Part shown: positions 39,798 through 49,072 of the stretch, piece by piece
How the letters are laid out: the number at the start of each line of letters is the position of its first letter
Position numbering within the stretch: position 1 is the first letter of the stretch
Source: Obrimoposthia wandeli
Lineage: Eukaryota
DNA length: 64,000 bases
Assembly (NCBI GenBank): GCA_977020255.1
Contig: CDROCS010003167.1
Location: 1-64,000, forward strand
Direction: 5' to 3'
The notes under the pieces: generated by a model
Told to the model about the DNA's origin: nothing
What the model saw: only the letters and a program-made list of their open reading frames with translations
Databases searched by the model: none
Translations under genes and position numbers: made by a program

Positions 39798-40553
39798 CTA
39801 ATCCTTCTCGAAGCCAATAAATGATTTATCGTTAATTAATTCGTAATAATAACCGTTTAAATCACCGATAGTCTCTTTTGAAAAAAAGCCATTAAGCTCC
39901 CCACTCTTTTCACATATCTTTATCTCAACACTACCTTCGTAACCTGAGAAAGGAAATCTGCTAGACGTATAATTCTTTTTCTCATTCAGTGCAGCAATCA
40001 TACATTCTGCATACCCCTCTCCAAAATGCTCTGCCATTGCCTTACGTACGCGCTCAACTGTAATTACCTCACCCTCGTTAGGTGAACCAGCTGAAATTCG
40101 ATTCTCCCAAGGTGATTTAAGCTTGTCGGCATTTAGGCACTTGCGGATATATGTATTGGAAAAAGATGACTTCTTGGCTAATCTTCTATATTTCTCAACC
40201 GTTGCAATTTGCTTTTTATTTCGTTGATTTACTTTTTCTTCATCTGTTAATTGGCTAACAATTGACACCGATGTGATTACTGGTGAGAAGTAACTTCCCG
40301 CTTTAAACTGATTTCCTGATTTTTTTGAGCCTTTATTGTACATGCATAGGCCTGAACGATCGTGTAAAAAGAACCCTCTGGTGCCCCCATCGACTGTAAC
40401 GGCAGTTACTTCTAAGTGATTTCGCTTTGCTTCAAGGATCATCTCTTCAGCTTCCTTTTGGTAAGAAAGACCAAGAGGGAAGGTTCTTGTGCGTGTTTTA
40501 TCTTTAATTTTAAATGCTTTTGCTGCGATGAATTGTTCTTCTGTTATAGCCAT
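39798..40553 (-). CDS. basic hypothetical protein
   Basis: 251-aa ORF with GAGG RBS; N-terminus MAITEEQFIAA is shared with the neighbouring gene. Confidence 0.8.
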   Translation of the reverse strand: MAITEEQFIAAKAFKIKDKTRTRTFPLGLSYQKEAEEMILEAKRNHLEVTAVTVDGGTRGFFLHDRSGLCMYNKGSKKSGNQFKAGSYFSPVITSVSIVSQLTDEEKVNQRNKKQIATVEKYRRLAKKSSFSNTYIRKCLNADKLKSPWENRISAGSPNEGEVITVERVRKAMAEHFGEGYAECMIAALNEKKNYTSSRFPFSGYEGSVEIKICEKSGELNGFFSKETIGDLNGYYYELINDKSFIGFEKD

Positions 40554-40573
40554 TAACCAAACCTCAACCTTAA

Positions 40574-40647
40574 TAAAGGTACCACACCTTTAATTTGTAA
40601 ACCCATAGTACCACAACCATCTAGAATGTAAAGTGTTTTCAAAAACA
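40574..40647 (-). promoter_or_regulatory. shared promoter element with GTGGT-loop hairpin
   Basis: TGTTTTTGAAAACA-c-TTTACA-16bp-TACTAT...TAAAGGT-GTGGT-ACCTTTA. Confidence 0.85.
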
Positions 40648-40761
40648 CTTGTCACCTTTATCTTGATGGCTGATATACAGCGTTTTGATTATAAATTAAC
40701 TCGCGTAGAGTGCTGTGACAACCGCTCTTGTTGAGCGGTAGATTTTAGGTAGGTAACTAGG

Positions 40762-41031
40762 TCATTTTACGTTGTGAGTCTTTGCGTAACTGTGGATCTC
40801 ACTCAAGGCATAGCTTGCTGAGTGGCCTGCAATTGACCAGATTGGTGAATTACTCGCGATGCCATAACCAAAGGATGCATTCGAAAATGTCTCTATTCGT
40901 CCGGTTCTGGCGTCGACACCTGTAAGATCAAAACGGGCAGTGAAATTTTCCTTAAGATCATCGCTCTCAATCAACCAAGGTGGCGCGCATTGCTTTACTA
41001 CTGCGATGAATTGCTTTTCTGTTATAACCAT
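40762..41031 (-). CDS. small hypothetical protein
   Basis: 89-aa ORF starting MVITEKQFIAV, GAGG RBS. Confidence 0.7.
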   Translation of the reverse strand: MVITEKQFIAVVKQCAPPWLIESDDLKENFTARFDLTGVDARTGRIETFSNASFGYGIASNSPIWSIAGHSASYALSEIHSYAKTHNVK

Positions 41032-41051
41032 TGACCAAACCTCAACCTGAA

Positions 41052-41129
41052 TAAAGGTACCACACCTTTAATTTGTAGGCGCACAATACCATAACAAAGT
41101 AAATAACAAAACAATTGTTTTCAAAAACA
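41052..41129 (-). promoter_or_regulatory. shared promoter element with GTGGT-loop hairpin (altered spacing)
   Basis: TGTTTTTGAAAACA...TAAAGGT-GTGGT-ACCTTTA; about 4 bp longer than the other copies. Confidence 0.8.
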
Positions 41130-41163
41130 GAAGTCTATTTCTTATAAGTTAGAATTGTCTACC

Positions 41164-41664
41164 TTAAGCCGTATCTGTAAGCTTTAGCAAGCCTTTACGT
41201 GGCGTTAATTCGTTTAGCAGATTTGTCGGAATGGAGTTCATCTGCGACCTCGTTATCTCTAACTCAGCCTCTCGCTTGTCCTCAGCTTCCAGCTCAAGTC
41301 GGATTGCTTCCTGCGCCTTCCTGTATTTTCTGGCGCTCCTTAATTTGATTCTTTTGTGTTGTAAATCAATAAGTCTGATCTCACGCTCGGTATTAAAGCA
41401 TAGAGACGCCAGTTTCTTCCAAGTCATTTGGAACTCTCTACCTTCATTTGTAATTTTCAGCACGAAGTGAACAGTTGTAATTGGTGTTACGAAAGAAAGT
41501 ATTCCAGATAGGCTATCGAATCCATAAATATCTAAAAAAGTTTTAGCTATGAAAATGGTCAAAAGAATGCCGCTAGACTTATATAAGTAACCAATCTTCC
41601 TATTAAAAGATTCTTTGGAGTCATAAGGGACGCCACTTTCGCTGTAATCGACTTCTTCTGACAT
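41164..41664 (-). CDS. membrane protein with coiled-coil tail
   Basis: Two hydrophobic segments followed by a charged helix. Confidence 0.7.
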   Translation of the reverse strand: MSEEVDYSESGVPYDSKESFNRKIGYLYKSSGILLTIFIAKTFLDIYGFDSLSGILSFVTPITTVHFVLKITNEGREFQMTWKKLASLCFNTEREIRLIDLQHKRIKLRSARKYRKAQEAIRLELEAEDKREAELEITRSQMNSIPTNLLNELTPRKGLLKLTDTA

Positions 41665-41788
41665 GCTATGTACCTCAGTTATATGCTTTATAATGCCTTT
41701 AGCTGGCCAATCGCCGCGGATTATTGCATCAAGCGAGTGTCATTTCAATAGCTTAAATACCACAACTTGAAATCCGCGGTGTACCAGC

Positions 41789-42682
41789 CTACCGTGGCGG
41801 TAAGAACTTATCTTTGATTGTTCTCACTATCCATCCAGCACTTTGGCTGTAAGTTAGTTTTACGTTCTTGTCGTCAATAGGCCATTTACCATTTAACTGG
41901 TACATATCAACCATCGTTTGGTAAAGATCACTCGCATTATCCTTGATAGGCTTTAAATACCGAAGGAACTTAACAGGAATGCCAAATCTAGCTTCAGCGA
42001 TGGCGCAAGCGATGCAAGCTATCGTGTCAGTATCGCCACCAATATATAGAGCCATTCCAATGGCCTCATCAAAGCTTCTACAAGTCAGGCCTATGAAAAT
42101 AGCTTGTGGTACAGTTTTATCAGCTAATGCAGTGAACCTGTAATTCCTATGCAGCTCGTTTATATCAAAGCTGAGGTTATAGTACTCACACTCTATTCGA
42201 TGCCTAACATCTTTTGGATCTCTACCTTGTAGACAAAGATATATAGCCAATGCAGTTGCCTCCGCAGACTTGAGCCCGCTAGGAGTATTGTGTGTCGCCA
42301 CAGCGCTGGAATGAGTAAGCATTAGCAACTCTGACTCAGTTCTGGCCATAAATGCAATAGGAGCAACTCGCATTGCAGCACCATTGCCTTCCGATTTATA
42401 CGGAATAGTACCATTGCTCATCGCCCACCGCGCAAACCGAGGTCCGTAACCTATGTTAATACCGTGACCATTGCTATAGAGGTCTTTATAACGATGAAAA
42501 TGGCTAAGATAGGACTCGCTAAAGGAGCGGTTAGTTAGCATTGCATGAGCTGTTGCGCAAGTTAGTACGGAATCATCAGTAAATGATGAGCTGTTATGAA
42601 TGTATCGTTTTAAGAAAAATCCTTTCTCGTCTCTGAATTCGTAATGTGAACCACAGATATCACCTATTATCGAGCCTAACAT
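41789..42682 (-). CDS. ADP-ribosylglycohydrolase (DraG/ARH family)
   Basis: IIGDICG, FTDDSVLT, GNGAAMRVAP, GGDTDTIACIA. Confidence 0.92.
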   Translation of the reverse strand: MLGSIIGDICGSHYEFRDEKGFFLKRYIHNSSSFTDDSVLTCATAHAMLTNRSFSESYLSHFHRYKDLYSNGHGINIGYGPRFARWAMSNGTIPYKSEGNGAAMRVAPIAFMARTESELLMLTHSSAVATHNTPSGLKSAEATALAIYLCLQGRDPKDVRHRIECEYYNLSFDINELHRNYRFTALADKTVPQAIFIGLTCRSFDEAIGMALYIGGDTDTIACIACAIAEARFGIPVKFLRYLKPIKDNASDLYQTMVDMYQLNGKWPIDDKNVKLTYSQSAGWIVRTIKDKFLPPR

Positions 42683-42743
42683 TGATCACCTTTTATTTTT
42701 TTGTTACACAAAGATTAAACATTTCAGCAATAAAACCAAAGGT

Positions 42744-42767
42744 AAAAAGGCACGCGAAGTGCCTTTT
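42744..42767 (-). terminator. intrinsic terminator
   Basis: aaaaggcac-gcgaa-gtgcctttt immediately after the 42770 stop. Confidence 0.6.
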
Positions 42768-42769
42768 CT

Positions 42770-43444
42770 TTAAAAAGTGAACACGTAATTAACACCGCCA
42801 AACACCTTGTTGAACGCTGATATGCGCCCATGGCGATTGCCTTTCTCGTCAACGCCGCCAATCTGAAAAGGTTGAACAATCTTATCAACTTCTGCGCGAG
42901 CGATTTCCGAGTCCCAAGAAATAATACTTGTGTTGTATCCATCTTTCTTAACAGAGAACTTCGCACCATTAAACGCCATCTTTAACGCCTTTCGGATATT
43001 CTTGTTGATCGATGCAGAATCGTGAGTATTACGCTTAAATTGCTCTAGATGTGCGTATTCTGCACTTACCTTGAGTGCTGCAACTTCTGCATCAAACGCT
43101 ATCGACTCAGCTGTTCTTTTTGCATCAAGACTTGCGCTATACTTCTCCGCGTTCTGGATTAATATTTCGATATCAGAGTCAGGTATTATGTCTTGCGCAT
43201 TAACCACTCCGTAACTAAGACCTGCACGCAACAAGCTTTCCGAGTACTCACCAGATGAACCATTCTCGAAAACGATATGAACATGACCACCAGAGGCTGA
43301 CACTTTCGCGTTACCTACTATCATGCTGTATCCGTTCTTGTTGCAGCGTTCGTCAACCGATGTGATAACGCCTGCGCCTGTGCCGTAAAGCGCTTGGTGG
43401 ACTTGTTGTCCGCGAATTAAAGTAGAAGAGAAATTCTTAATCAT
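42770..43444 (-). CDS. LPD29-like (polyvalent-protein-associated) domain protein
   Basis: KNIRKALKMAFNGAKFSVK...SIISW...FGGVNYVF. The track start is 43477, but ATG 43444 has the AAGGTG RBS. Confidence 0.65.
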   Translation of the reverse strand: MIKNFSSTLIRGQQVHQALYGTGAGVITSVDERCNKNGYSMIVGNAKVSASGGHVHIVFENGSSGEYSESLLRAGLSYGVVNAQDIIPDSDIEILIQNAEKYSASLDAKRTAESIAFDAEVAALKVSAEYAHLEQFKRNTHDSASINKNIRKALKMAFNGAKFSVKKDGYNTSIISWDSEIARAEVDKIVQPFQIGGVDEKGNRHGRISAFNKVFGGVNYVFTF

Positions 43445-43466
43445 CTGTAACACCTTGACCATTCTA

Positions 43467-43538
43467 GGAAACACCACGTTTCCAACCTGAGATCTATTAT
43501 AATGACTTCCAAGTGATAATCAAGGGTTTTCAAAAACA
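43467..43538 (-). promoter_or_regulatory. shared promoter element with GTGGT-loop hairpin
   Basis: TGTTTTTGAAAAC-cc-TTGATT-16bp-TATAAT..TCAGGTT-GGAAAC-GTGGT-GTTTCC. Confidence 0.85.
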
Positions 43539-43600
43539 AATGATAAATATATTGATTTTTTTATATTTGGTGCGATAATCAACCGCAACAACATAATCAG

Positions 43601-44506
43601 ATGAAATCTTGGCTGCTTCATACTCTCGGCCAGACTCAGGAAACTCTCAATATGCTAGTTTACAATACCGATAGAAAAGATCAGTCAAAAAGTAAAATCT
43701 CAGTGCTGAAGCATTTGAGCACTCTGCCAATGGCTAGCGCCGAACGTGTCGAAGGTATGTTTTCTCATCAGCAACGCTGTGCTATCAACTCAGACCTCAC
43801 TATTGATGTGCTGGATAACTATGGCCATACAGTTAAGACAATGACTCTGGATGAGCATATTGCTGGATTCTGTGACTACGCCAGAAACTTCTCTATCACA
43901 GAGTACGTAATTAAGACCGTCAATCCTCTTCGGCTGGTGGATTTATGGGGTGATGATCCAATTGGTAGCGCAGGTCCAATGGTTGTGGATTCGAGTTCGA
44001 TTACGCCTTTGGAGCTGAAAGAAATTCAAGCGCTATTCGCTCCGTACACGGATGTAATACATCCACCGATGGTGCATCAAGTTACGTCAGCCAAAGATAT
44101 TAAAGATATTAAACGCCGCTACTCAAGCAACGTCCTTTTTGCAAATGAGCTAAAAAAGAGAAAGGCACGCTCAAAGGCGATTGGTGAAGACTTTACTTCA
44201 GCTCAATTTCAGGAAATCGTTTGGCTAGATCTCACATTTAGACTGAAAAGCTGGGCCCAGTCGAAAGGTTATGACTCATTAGTTTACGCTAACCACAGCG
44301 AAGGTGGTGGAGAAGATTCATACATAACATTGCTGCCTAACCAGCTGGATAATACCGGTAATACGCTGGCTTTTTGTGAGCAAAAATATTTGGATGAAAT
44401 ACCGGATATTCTAAAAGAAATGATCCGTAACCAGAAGAAATCGAGTTTTAAAGAGCGGACCGGCACATTATGGGCAAAACAGGACCCGATGGATTACTGG
44501 TCGTAG
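43601..44506 (+). CDS. ADP-ribosyltransferase-like protein (ART-PolyVal-like)
   Basis: YVIKTVNPLRLVD and KGYDSLVYANHSEGGGEDSYITLLPNQL signatures. Confidence 0.65.
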   Translation: MKSWLLHTLGQTQETLNMLVYNTDRKDQSKSKISVLKHLSTLPMASAERVEGMFSHQQRCAINSDLTIDVLDNYGHTVKTMTLDEHIAGFCDYARNFSITEYVIKTVNPLRLVDLWGDDPIGSAGPMVVDSSSITPLELKEIQALFAPYTDVIHPPMVHQVTSAKDIKDIKRRYSSNVLFANELKKRKARSKAIGEDFTSAQFQEIVWLDLTFRLKSWAQSKGYDSLVYANHSEGGGEDSYITLLPNQLDNTGNTLAFCEQKYLDEIPDILKEMIRNQKKSSFKERTGTLWAKQDPMDYWS

Positions 44507-44670
44507 GAAATAGCAATCTAGAAGTTTTTGATTAATGATGGTTTGTCAGCAGCTCGGTAATATTGAGTTACTGACTGCAATCCTTGTGATGGCTAGAGCA
44601 GTAAACAGCTCTAGCCTTGTATGTCGGTAAACCTACAACAGCCTAACGCCAACAAATATTACCTTCTAGG

Positions 44671-45060
44671 TTAACCTCTAAACTCCAAGTCCAGAACATA
44701 GATACCATTTAGGCCAAAATACTTCTCGTTAGTAGCAAGAATGTCACCAGCTGTTGCATCTCGATCGTAAACGTACCGCTCACCGCTCTTAGTCCACCAG
44801 TCAGCAACATAATTGCCAATTGAGTTAGTTGTTGTTTTCGGGCCTCGCTTCCAGCTTTCTTCGCTCGCAACTTCAGTTCGCGGATAACGCTGGTCAAAAG
44901 CGGCTTTGAGTTCGCTTGTATCAGTTGACCTTAGATAGGTTTGTAACCGCAGCACAAGATCTCCTCTAGCCACAAGATTTGGCGTCGTGAGTACCTGCAG
45001 TGAATCAAACAGTAATTGGTCAACGCCGGGCGCGTTTAGTGAATTTTCAGAGTCAGTCAT
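44671..45060 (-). CDS. hypothetical protein
   Basis: 129-aa ORF with AGGA RBS. Confidence 0.65.
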   Translation of the reverse strand: MTDSENSLNAPGVDQLLFDSLQVLTTPNLVARGDLVLRLQTYLRSTDTSELKAAFDQRYPRTEVASEESWKRGPKTTTNSIGNYVADWWTKSGERYVYDRDATAGDILATNEKYFGLNGIYVLDLEFRG

Positions 45061-45173
45061 ATTTGAGTTCCTATTTTTTCTGATGTTACTTTGACAAGGA
45101 GGTGAGCTTGTAGATTACGATGAGGATATTACGCCTGCATAACAATACGAGTTATGCAGGCTTATGGTTAAGC

Positions 45174-45776
45174 CTAAACGAAAGCCATGCAGATAAGTGA
45201 CATAACAAAAACAAACGTCATAGAGATCACTGTAAAGAAGTTAAGCAGTGTAAAGGTTGTGATGCCTTGGTTTATAACCTCAACTGTGTCATCACCCTGC
45301 TCCAAGATCTCATCCAGTGCATCTTTTTTGCTTAACACTATTTTCACGATGTTCTTAATCTTAGCTATAGAGCTAAAGAAGTTGCCTGCAGACAGATTAA
45401 GTTCTTTTAACTCGTTTAAATCAGAAAGGCTTTTATGACTTTCGATAAGGCTCTTTATCTTAGCTAAACCTTCTGTAGGGTTAGATAAAAATCCGAAGAA
45501 AGAGAATGCATCCATAAGGTCACGTAACTTCATAACAACAAAGATAAGCGCGGGAATGCCTATAACCAGTACAACATATGATACATCGGCATCATTCACT
45601 ATTAAATCATGAAGATGTAAGCTCAGGGCTCCCACAAGGTTTGCACCTGTAATAAAAAAACCAAGAAATAGTGGTACCAAACAGAATTTCATAATACCCA
45701 TTAACTTGCTAATTACTTTTTTTGGAGAACCTTGAATTTTTGACATGGTTTTTGAGGGTGAAGTTATTGTCGTCAT
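45174..45776 (-). CDS. multi-pass membrane protein
   Basis: Three or four hydrophobic segments. Confidence 0.75.
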   Translation of the reverse strand: MTTITSPSKTMSKIQGSPKKVISKLMGIMKFCLVPLFLGFFITGANLVGALSLHLHDLIVNDADVSYVVLVIGIPALIFVVMKLRDLMDAFSFFGFLSNPTEGLAKIKSLIESHKSLSDLNELKELNLSAGNFFSSIAKIKNIVKIVLSKKDALDEILEQGDDTVEVINQGITTFTLLNFFTVISMTFVFVMSLICMAFV

Positions 45777-45863
45777 TGTTTATCGCCTTGAGTAAGTGGT
45801 TTTTAAATAAGTTAAGTACAGGCTGGTGGCATTTCCTCGTATGTGGAGCCACCAGCCTACGTG

Positions 45864-46805
45864 TTATCTAACGCCGGATAAGACAACCTGTTTGTTCGTC
45901 GCCTTGGTGATAATGTCGAGGCAAGTCTGCAATTGCTTGGTCCCTACCATCTGCTCCAAGTCATCAATAAAGCAGAAGCCACTGCCTGATTTAAGGGTTC
46001 GAACTGTGTTATACAGGTTGGCAACACTCATCGCCTTCCGTGATGCAATAGAGCTAAAATCTACTCTCGTCTTATTAACTGTTACACAGAGTTTTTTGCC
46101 GCTTCCAAAAGAGTTGTCCTCTACGCTAAAATCATAATTAATATCAAAAGCGCTCATAAATTTATGAAAGTCATCAAGCCCATCCGCTTTAGAGAGAACC
46201 ATGGCTAGGTTATGAATCTTGCATTCTGCTGTAATGATTCGATCATGATCAATATCAGAGCGGCCTTTGAATGAAATGCCCTTGATGAATCCCCAAAAAG
46301 AGTAGAAAGCCTTGGTCGTCTTGCAATCCCTTAGTACTGTGTTGAAGTAGACATATCGGAGGACACTGATGTCTTTATTTCTGGTTAAGTCTAACTTTAG
46401 CGTTTCAGCCCCCTCAAGGGAGCATAGAGCGACGCCGGAGACTCGACGGTCAATTGATATGACTTCATCACCATCTATAGTCATACGTTCGTACACGGTG
46501 CTTTCTTGTGATTCCTTGCCGAAGGAATAAGTGACACTTACCCCATCAAACTTACATTCGAAACTGAATTCAGCTAAGTCAGAGGTTGAGTGAAGGTTTC
46601 TATAGAGTGAGGGCTTGATGAACGGTATTACGTTGTGTAAATGGAATACCGGTTCTATCAACGCATACCCTAAGTTCGTCTTGCCAATTGATATACTGCT
46701 ATCTGAAACGACAATGACCTTGCGGACCTCTGTTCCGTCGATGAAATTAAAGTCTTTTTTTTCTTTGAAGTTTCGGAAGTTTTGGACCGATATTTTTGTC
46801 AGCAT
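45864..46805 (-). CDS. degenerate AAA_15/AAA_21 (AbiEii/OLD-type) ABC ATPase
   Basis: MLTKISVQNFRNFKE start; eroded Walker A (SDSSISIGKTN); Walker B-like FIDDLE. Confidence 0.65.
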   Translation of the reverse strand: MLTKISVQNFRNFKEKKDFNFIDGTEVRKVIVVSDSSISIGKTNLGYALIEPVFHLHNVIPFIKPSLYRNLHSTSDLAEFSFECKFDGVSVTYSFGKESQESTVYERMTIDGDEVISIDRRVSGVALCSLEGAETLKLDLTRNKDISVLRYVYFNTVLRDCKTTKAFYSFWGFIKGISFKGRSDIDHDRIITAECKIHNLAMVLSKADGLDDFHKFMSAFDINYDFSVEDNSFGSGKKLCVTVNKTRVDFSSIASRKAMSVANLYNTVRTLKSGSGFCFIDDLEQMVGTKQLQTCLDIITKATNKQVVLSGVR

Positions 46806-46883
46806 AATTACACCTTATTATCTTGTTTCTGTTTGTGCTGGTGGTTGTTGCCTAAGTAGCTATTTCACCAGAAAAAGAGGTTG

Positions 46884-47666
46884 TTAGTAAAAACAGGTCT
46901 TTGTCTTTTCGGTCCAGCTTTTACCAATTAAATCGATGGCCTTGGCCTCGTCTATATCTGACACTCGAGAGCCTCTTGTTAGCTGCCATTTAACACCGAT
47001 TCTAGCGTTCTCGCATTGAATCATGATGGACGAAGAGATTCCTCTGCAGTTTAGGATGCCTAGTTTTTTCGCGCTCTTCGAGGTTGATGATAGCTTGGCT
47101 TTTGTGATCATACTTTCGGTAATGCGCTTAACTCTTTGTGGATCTATTCTTTCGTGCGTCAGTTTGAATTCAGCAATCTTACGGTCTGCGCTTTGCTTAG
47201 CTTTTAACGCGCTCATCTCTTCTTCTCTGCGCTGATTTCTTTCAATCTCGATACTTGCTGTAATGAGTGCCTGCTCGTTACTCTGGATATTTAGTGCCAC
47301 CAATTTGGTCAGCTGGAGGAGCTTAAGCTCTTTTTCGAACCCGACTTCAAGATCCTCATGATGTAAAATGCCGATACTTTGTGCGTTTAAGCTAGCGTGA
47401 GTCTTCGCTGAACCAGTCCCATTCTCCGAATCGATAGAGATGACAGAGTTGATGTAATGGATCTTTCGTCCGTGCTCGTCCGTAAGGCAAGCTAATACGT
47501 GTTTGCTATCGTGAGATACAGTGACCGTATACGCGTAGTCAGTGAGTTCACTCGGCATAACAACTGAGAACTGGCTACCAGCTTGAAGTTGACTTGCATC
47601 TAAAGTTGGTAGTTGAGGTTTTGTTGCTGTTAACATTATTTGGCCCATTGTTTGTTGTTGTGTCAA
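46884..47666 (-). CDS. hypothetical protein with coiled-coil segment
   Basis: 260-aa ORF. Confidence 0.7.
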   Translation of the reverse strand: MTQQQTMGQIMLTATKPQLPTLDASQLQAGSQFSVVMPSELTDYAYTVTVSHDSKHVLACLTDEHGRKIHYINSVISIDSENGTGSAKTHASLNAQSIGILHHEDLEVGFEKELKLLQLTKLVALNIQSNEQALITASIEIERNQRREEEMSALKAKQSADRKIAEFKLTHERIDPQRVKRITESMITKAKLSSTSKSAKKLGILNCRGISSSIMIQCENARIGVKWQLTRGSRVSDIDEAKAIDLIGKSWTEKTKTCFY

Positions 47667-47678
47667 TTTAGTGAGGTT

Positions 47679-48140
47679 CTAGCGTTTGATGCCTAGCTGC
47701 TTTATTTTTCGCTTTAGCAAAAAACGCCCAACTCTCTCTGCTTGAGAGGGGCCAACTATGCCACCAGCAGTGCACTCACGACCTTGTAAGTCGATCATTA
47801 GCATCTGAATTGGCTCTAGTAATTGAAGCTTAAAGTGCTCAACAAACATCTCCTCCATCAGGCTAATCTTATGCTTTAATGAAGGTAAGGCGCACGCCTC
47901 GCCTTCTTCGCCTTCAAAGGTAAGGTAGGTGCAAACAGCGTCATTAACTTCCTTTAGTTTCCATCCTGAAAAAAACGCGCAAGGTAGTTGATCTGTAAAA
48001 TCCTCGATCGCAGAGGCTAAATCGTTATAACCAAGTTCTTGGTACGTTTCGTCAAAGCCTGAGCTTAGGCGGGAGTAGCATGACGCAATTAGCGATAAGC
48101 TATGATTGTTAGTTGATTCTAGATTTTTGAACATTGACAT
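47679..48140 (-). CDS. hypothetical protein
   Basis: The track start 48182 lies in the promoter hairpin region; ATG 48140 follows the GGTTAAGG RBS-like motif. Confidence 0.7.
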   Translation of the reverse strand: MSMFKNLESTNNHSLSLIASCYSRLSSGFDETYQELGYNDLASAIEDFTDQLPCAFFSGWKLKEVNDAVCTYLTFEGEEGEACALPSLKHKISLMEEMFVEHFKLQLLEPIQMLMIDLQGRECTAGGIVGPSQAERVGRFLLKRKIKQLGIKR

Positions 48141-48165
48141 ATTTTTGTGCCTTAACCATTTGTTA

Positions 48166-48235
48166 GAGGTACCACACCTCAAACCTGAATCTATAATACC
48201 ACAACGACCCGGCTACGCAATGGTTTTTGAAAACA
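48166..48235 (-). promoter_or_regulatory. shared promoter element with GTGGT-loop hairpin
   Basis: TGTTTTCAAAAAC-ca-TTGCGT-16bp-TATTAT..TCAGGTTT-GAGGT-GTGGT-ACCTC. Confidence 0.85.
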
Positions 48236-48259
48236 AATGCAAAAATAAATATGTGTCAC

Positions 48260-48775
48260 TTACTTAATGTAGAAAATACCAGCATCCTCCAGCATGTTCC
48301 TACGGCTATAATGCTCAAACGATTTAACCATTTTTATGGCAGCATGAAATTCATCTGTAGCGCAACCGCTTAAACCCATCATTCCAAGTTCAGGTCTTGG
48401 GACCTCACCGATGAATATAACCGGCTTACTTGGATCCCACATCATTAATGATTTGTAAGCATCCATTACGGTTACTGGCCAGCAATAAATCAGAATGTCT
48501 GAGGTATCGCCATACTCGGCAAGCGCCTCTGATGCAGTCATCTCTTCCACTTCTGTGAAAAGATTAATCTCATGACCGTCATGACTTGATAAAACAGTGG
48601 TAGGTCTTATATTTACGCCTTTCTCGATCAACTTGCTTGCGAGATAACCGTTTCCAGAGAAAACCTCTAGTACGCGCAAATTCCCGCAATACTCCGCAAG
48701 CTCGTTAATGAAGCTATCTGTAACGGTGACGAATGAGCCAAGAGGTCTTGGTATATCAGTTTTAATATTAATCAT
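48260..48775 (-). CDS. class I SAM-dependent methyltransferase-like protein
   Basis: VLEVFSGNGYLA motif I and ILIYCWP. Confidence 0.7.
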   Translation of the reverse strand: MINIKTDIPRPLGSFVTVTDSFINELAEYCGNLRVLEVFSGNGYLASKLIEKGVNIRPTTVLSSHDGHEINLFTEVEEMTASEALAEYGDTSDILIYCWPVTVMDAYKSLMMWDPSKPVIFIGEVPRPELGMMGLSGCATDEFHAAIKMVKSFEHYSRRNMLEDAGIFYIK

Positions 48776-49072
48776 ATCTTGGCAAGCCCTTGGGTATTAT
48801 AAATGTAATGGCAGTTAGACTACCATAATATCGAATTATGTCAACATTCTGGCGAGTTAGCGCTACCTGAATTAATAGAAGAATGGATAATAAGTGAGAT
48901 AAAGCAGAGAAAAAGTTAATCAACCAAGGAAATTAGATTTGAGACTCATAACACCACAAAGATTCATTGTTCTGAGATTATCTTAATAATTGTTTAGAAC
49001 ACTATTTTATTAGCGTCTTTTATCGCCTAAGAGCTGTTTTTATTCACTTTTAAATTGTAGTGTTTAGAAAAA

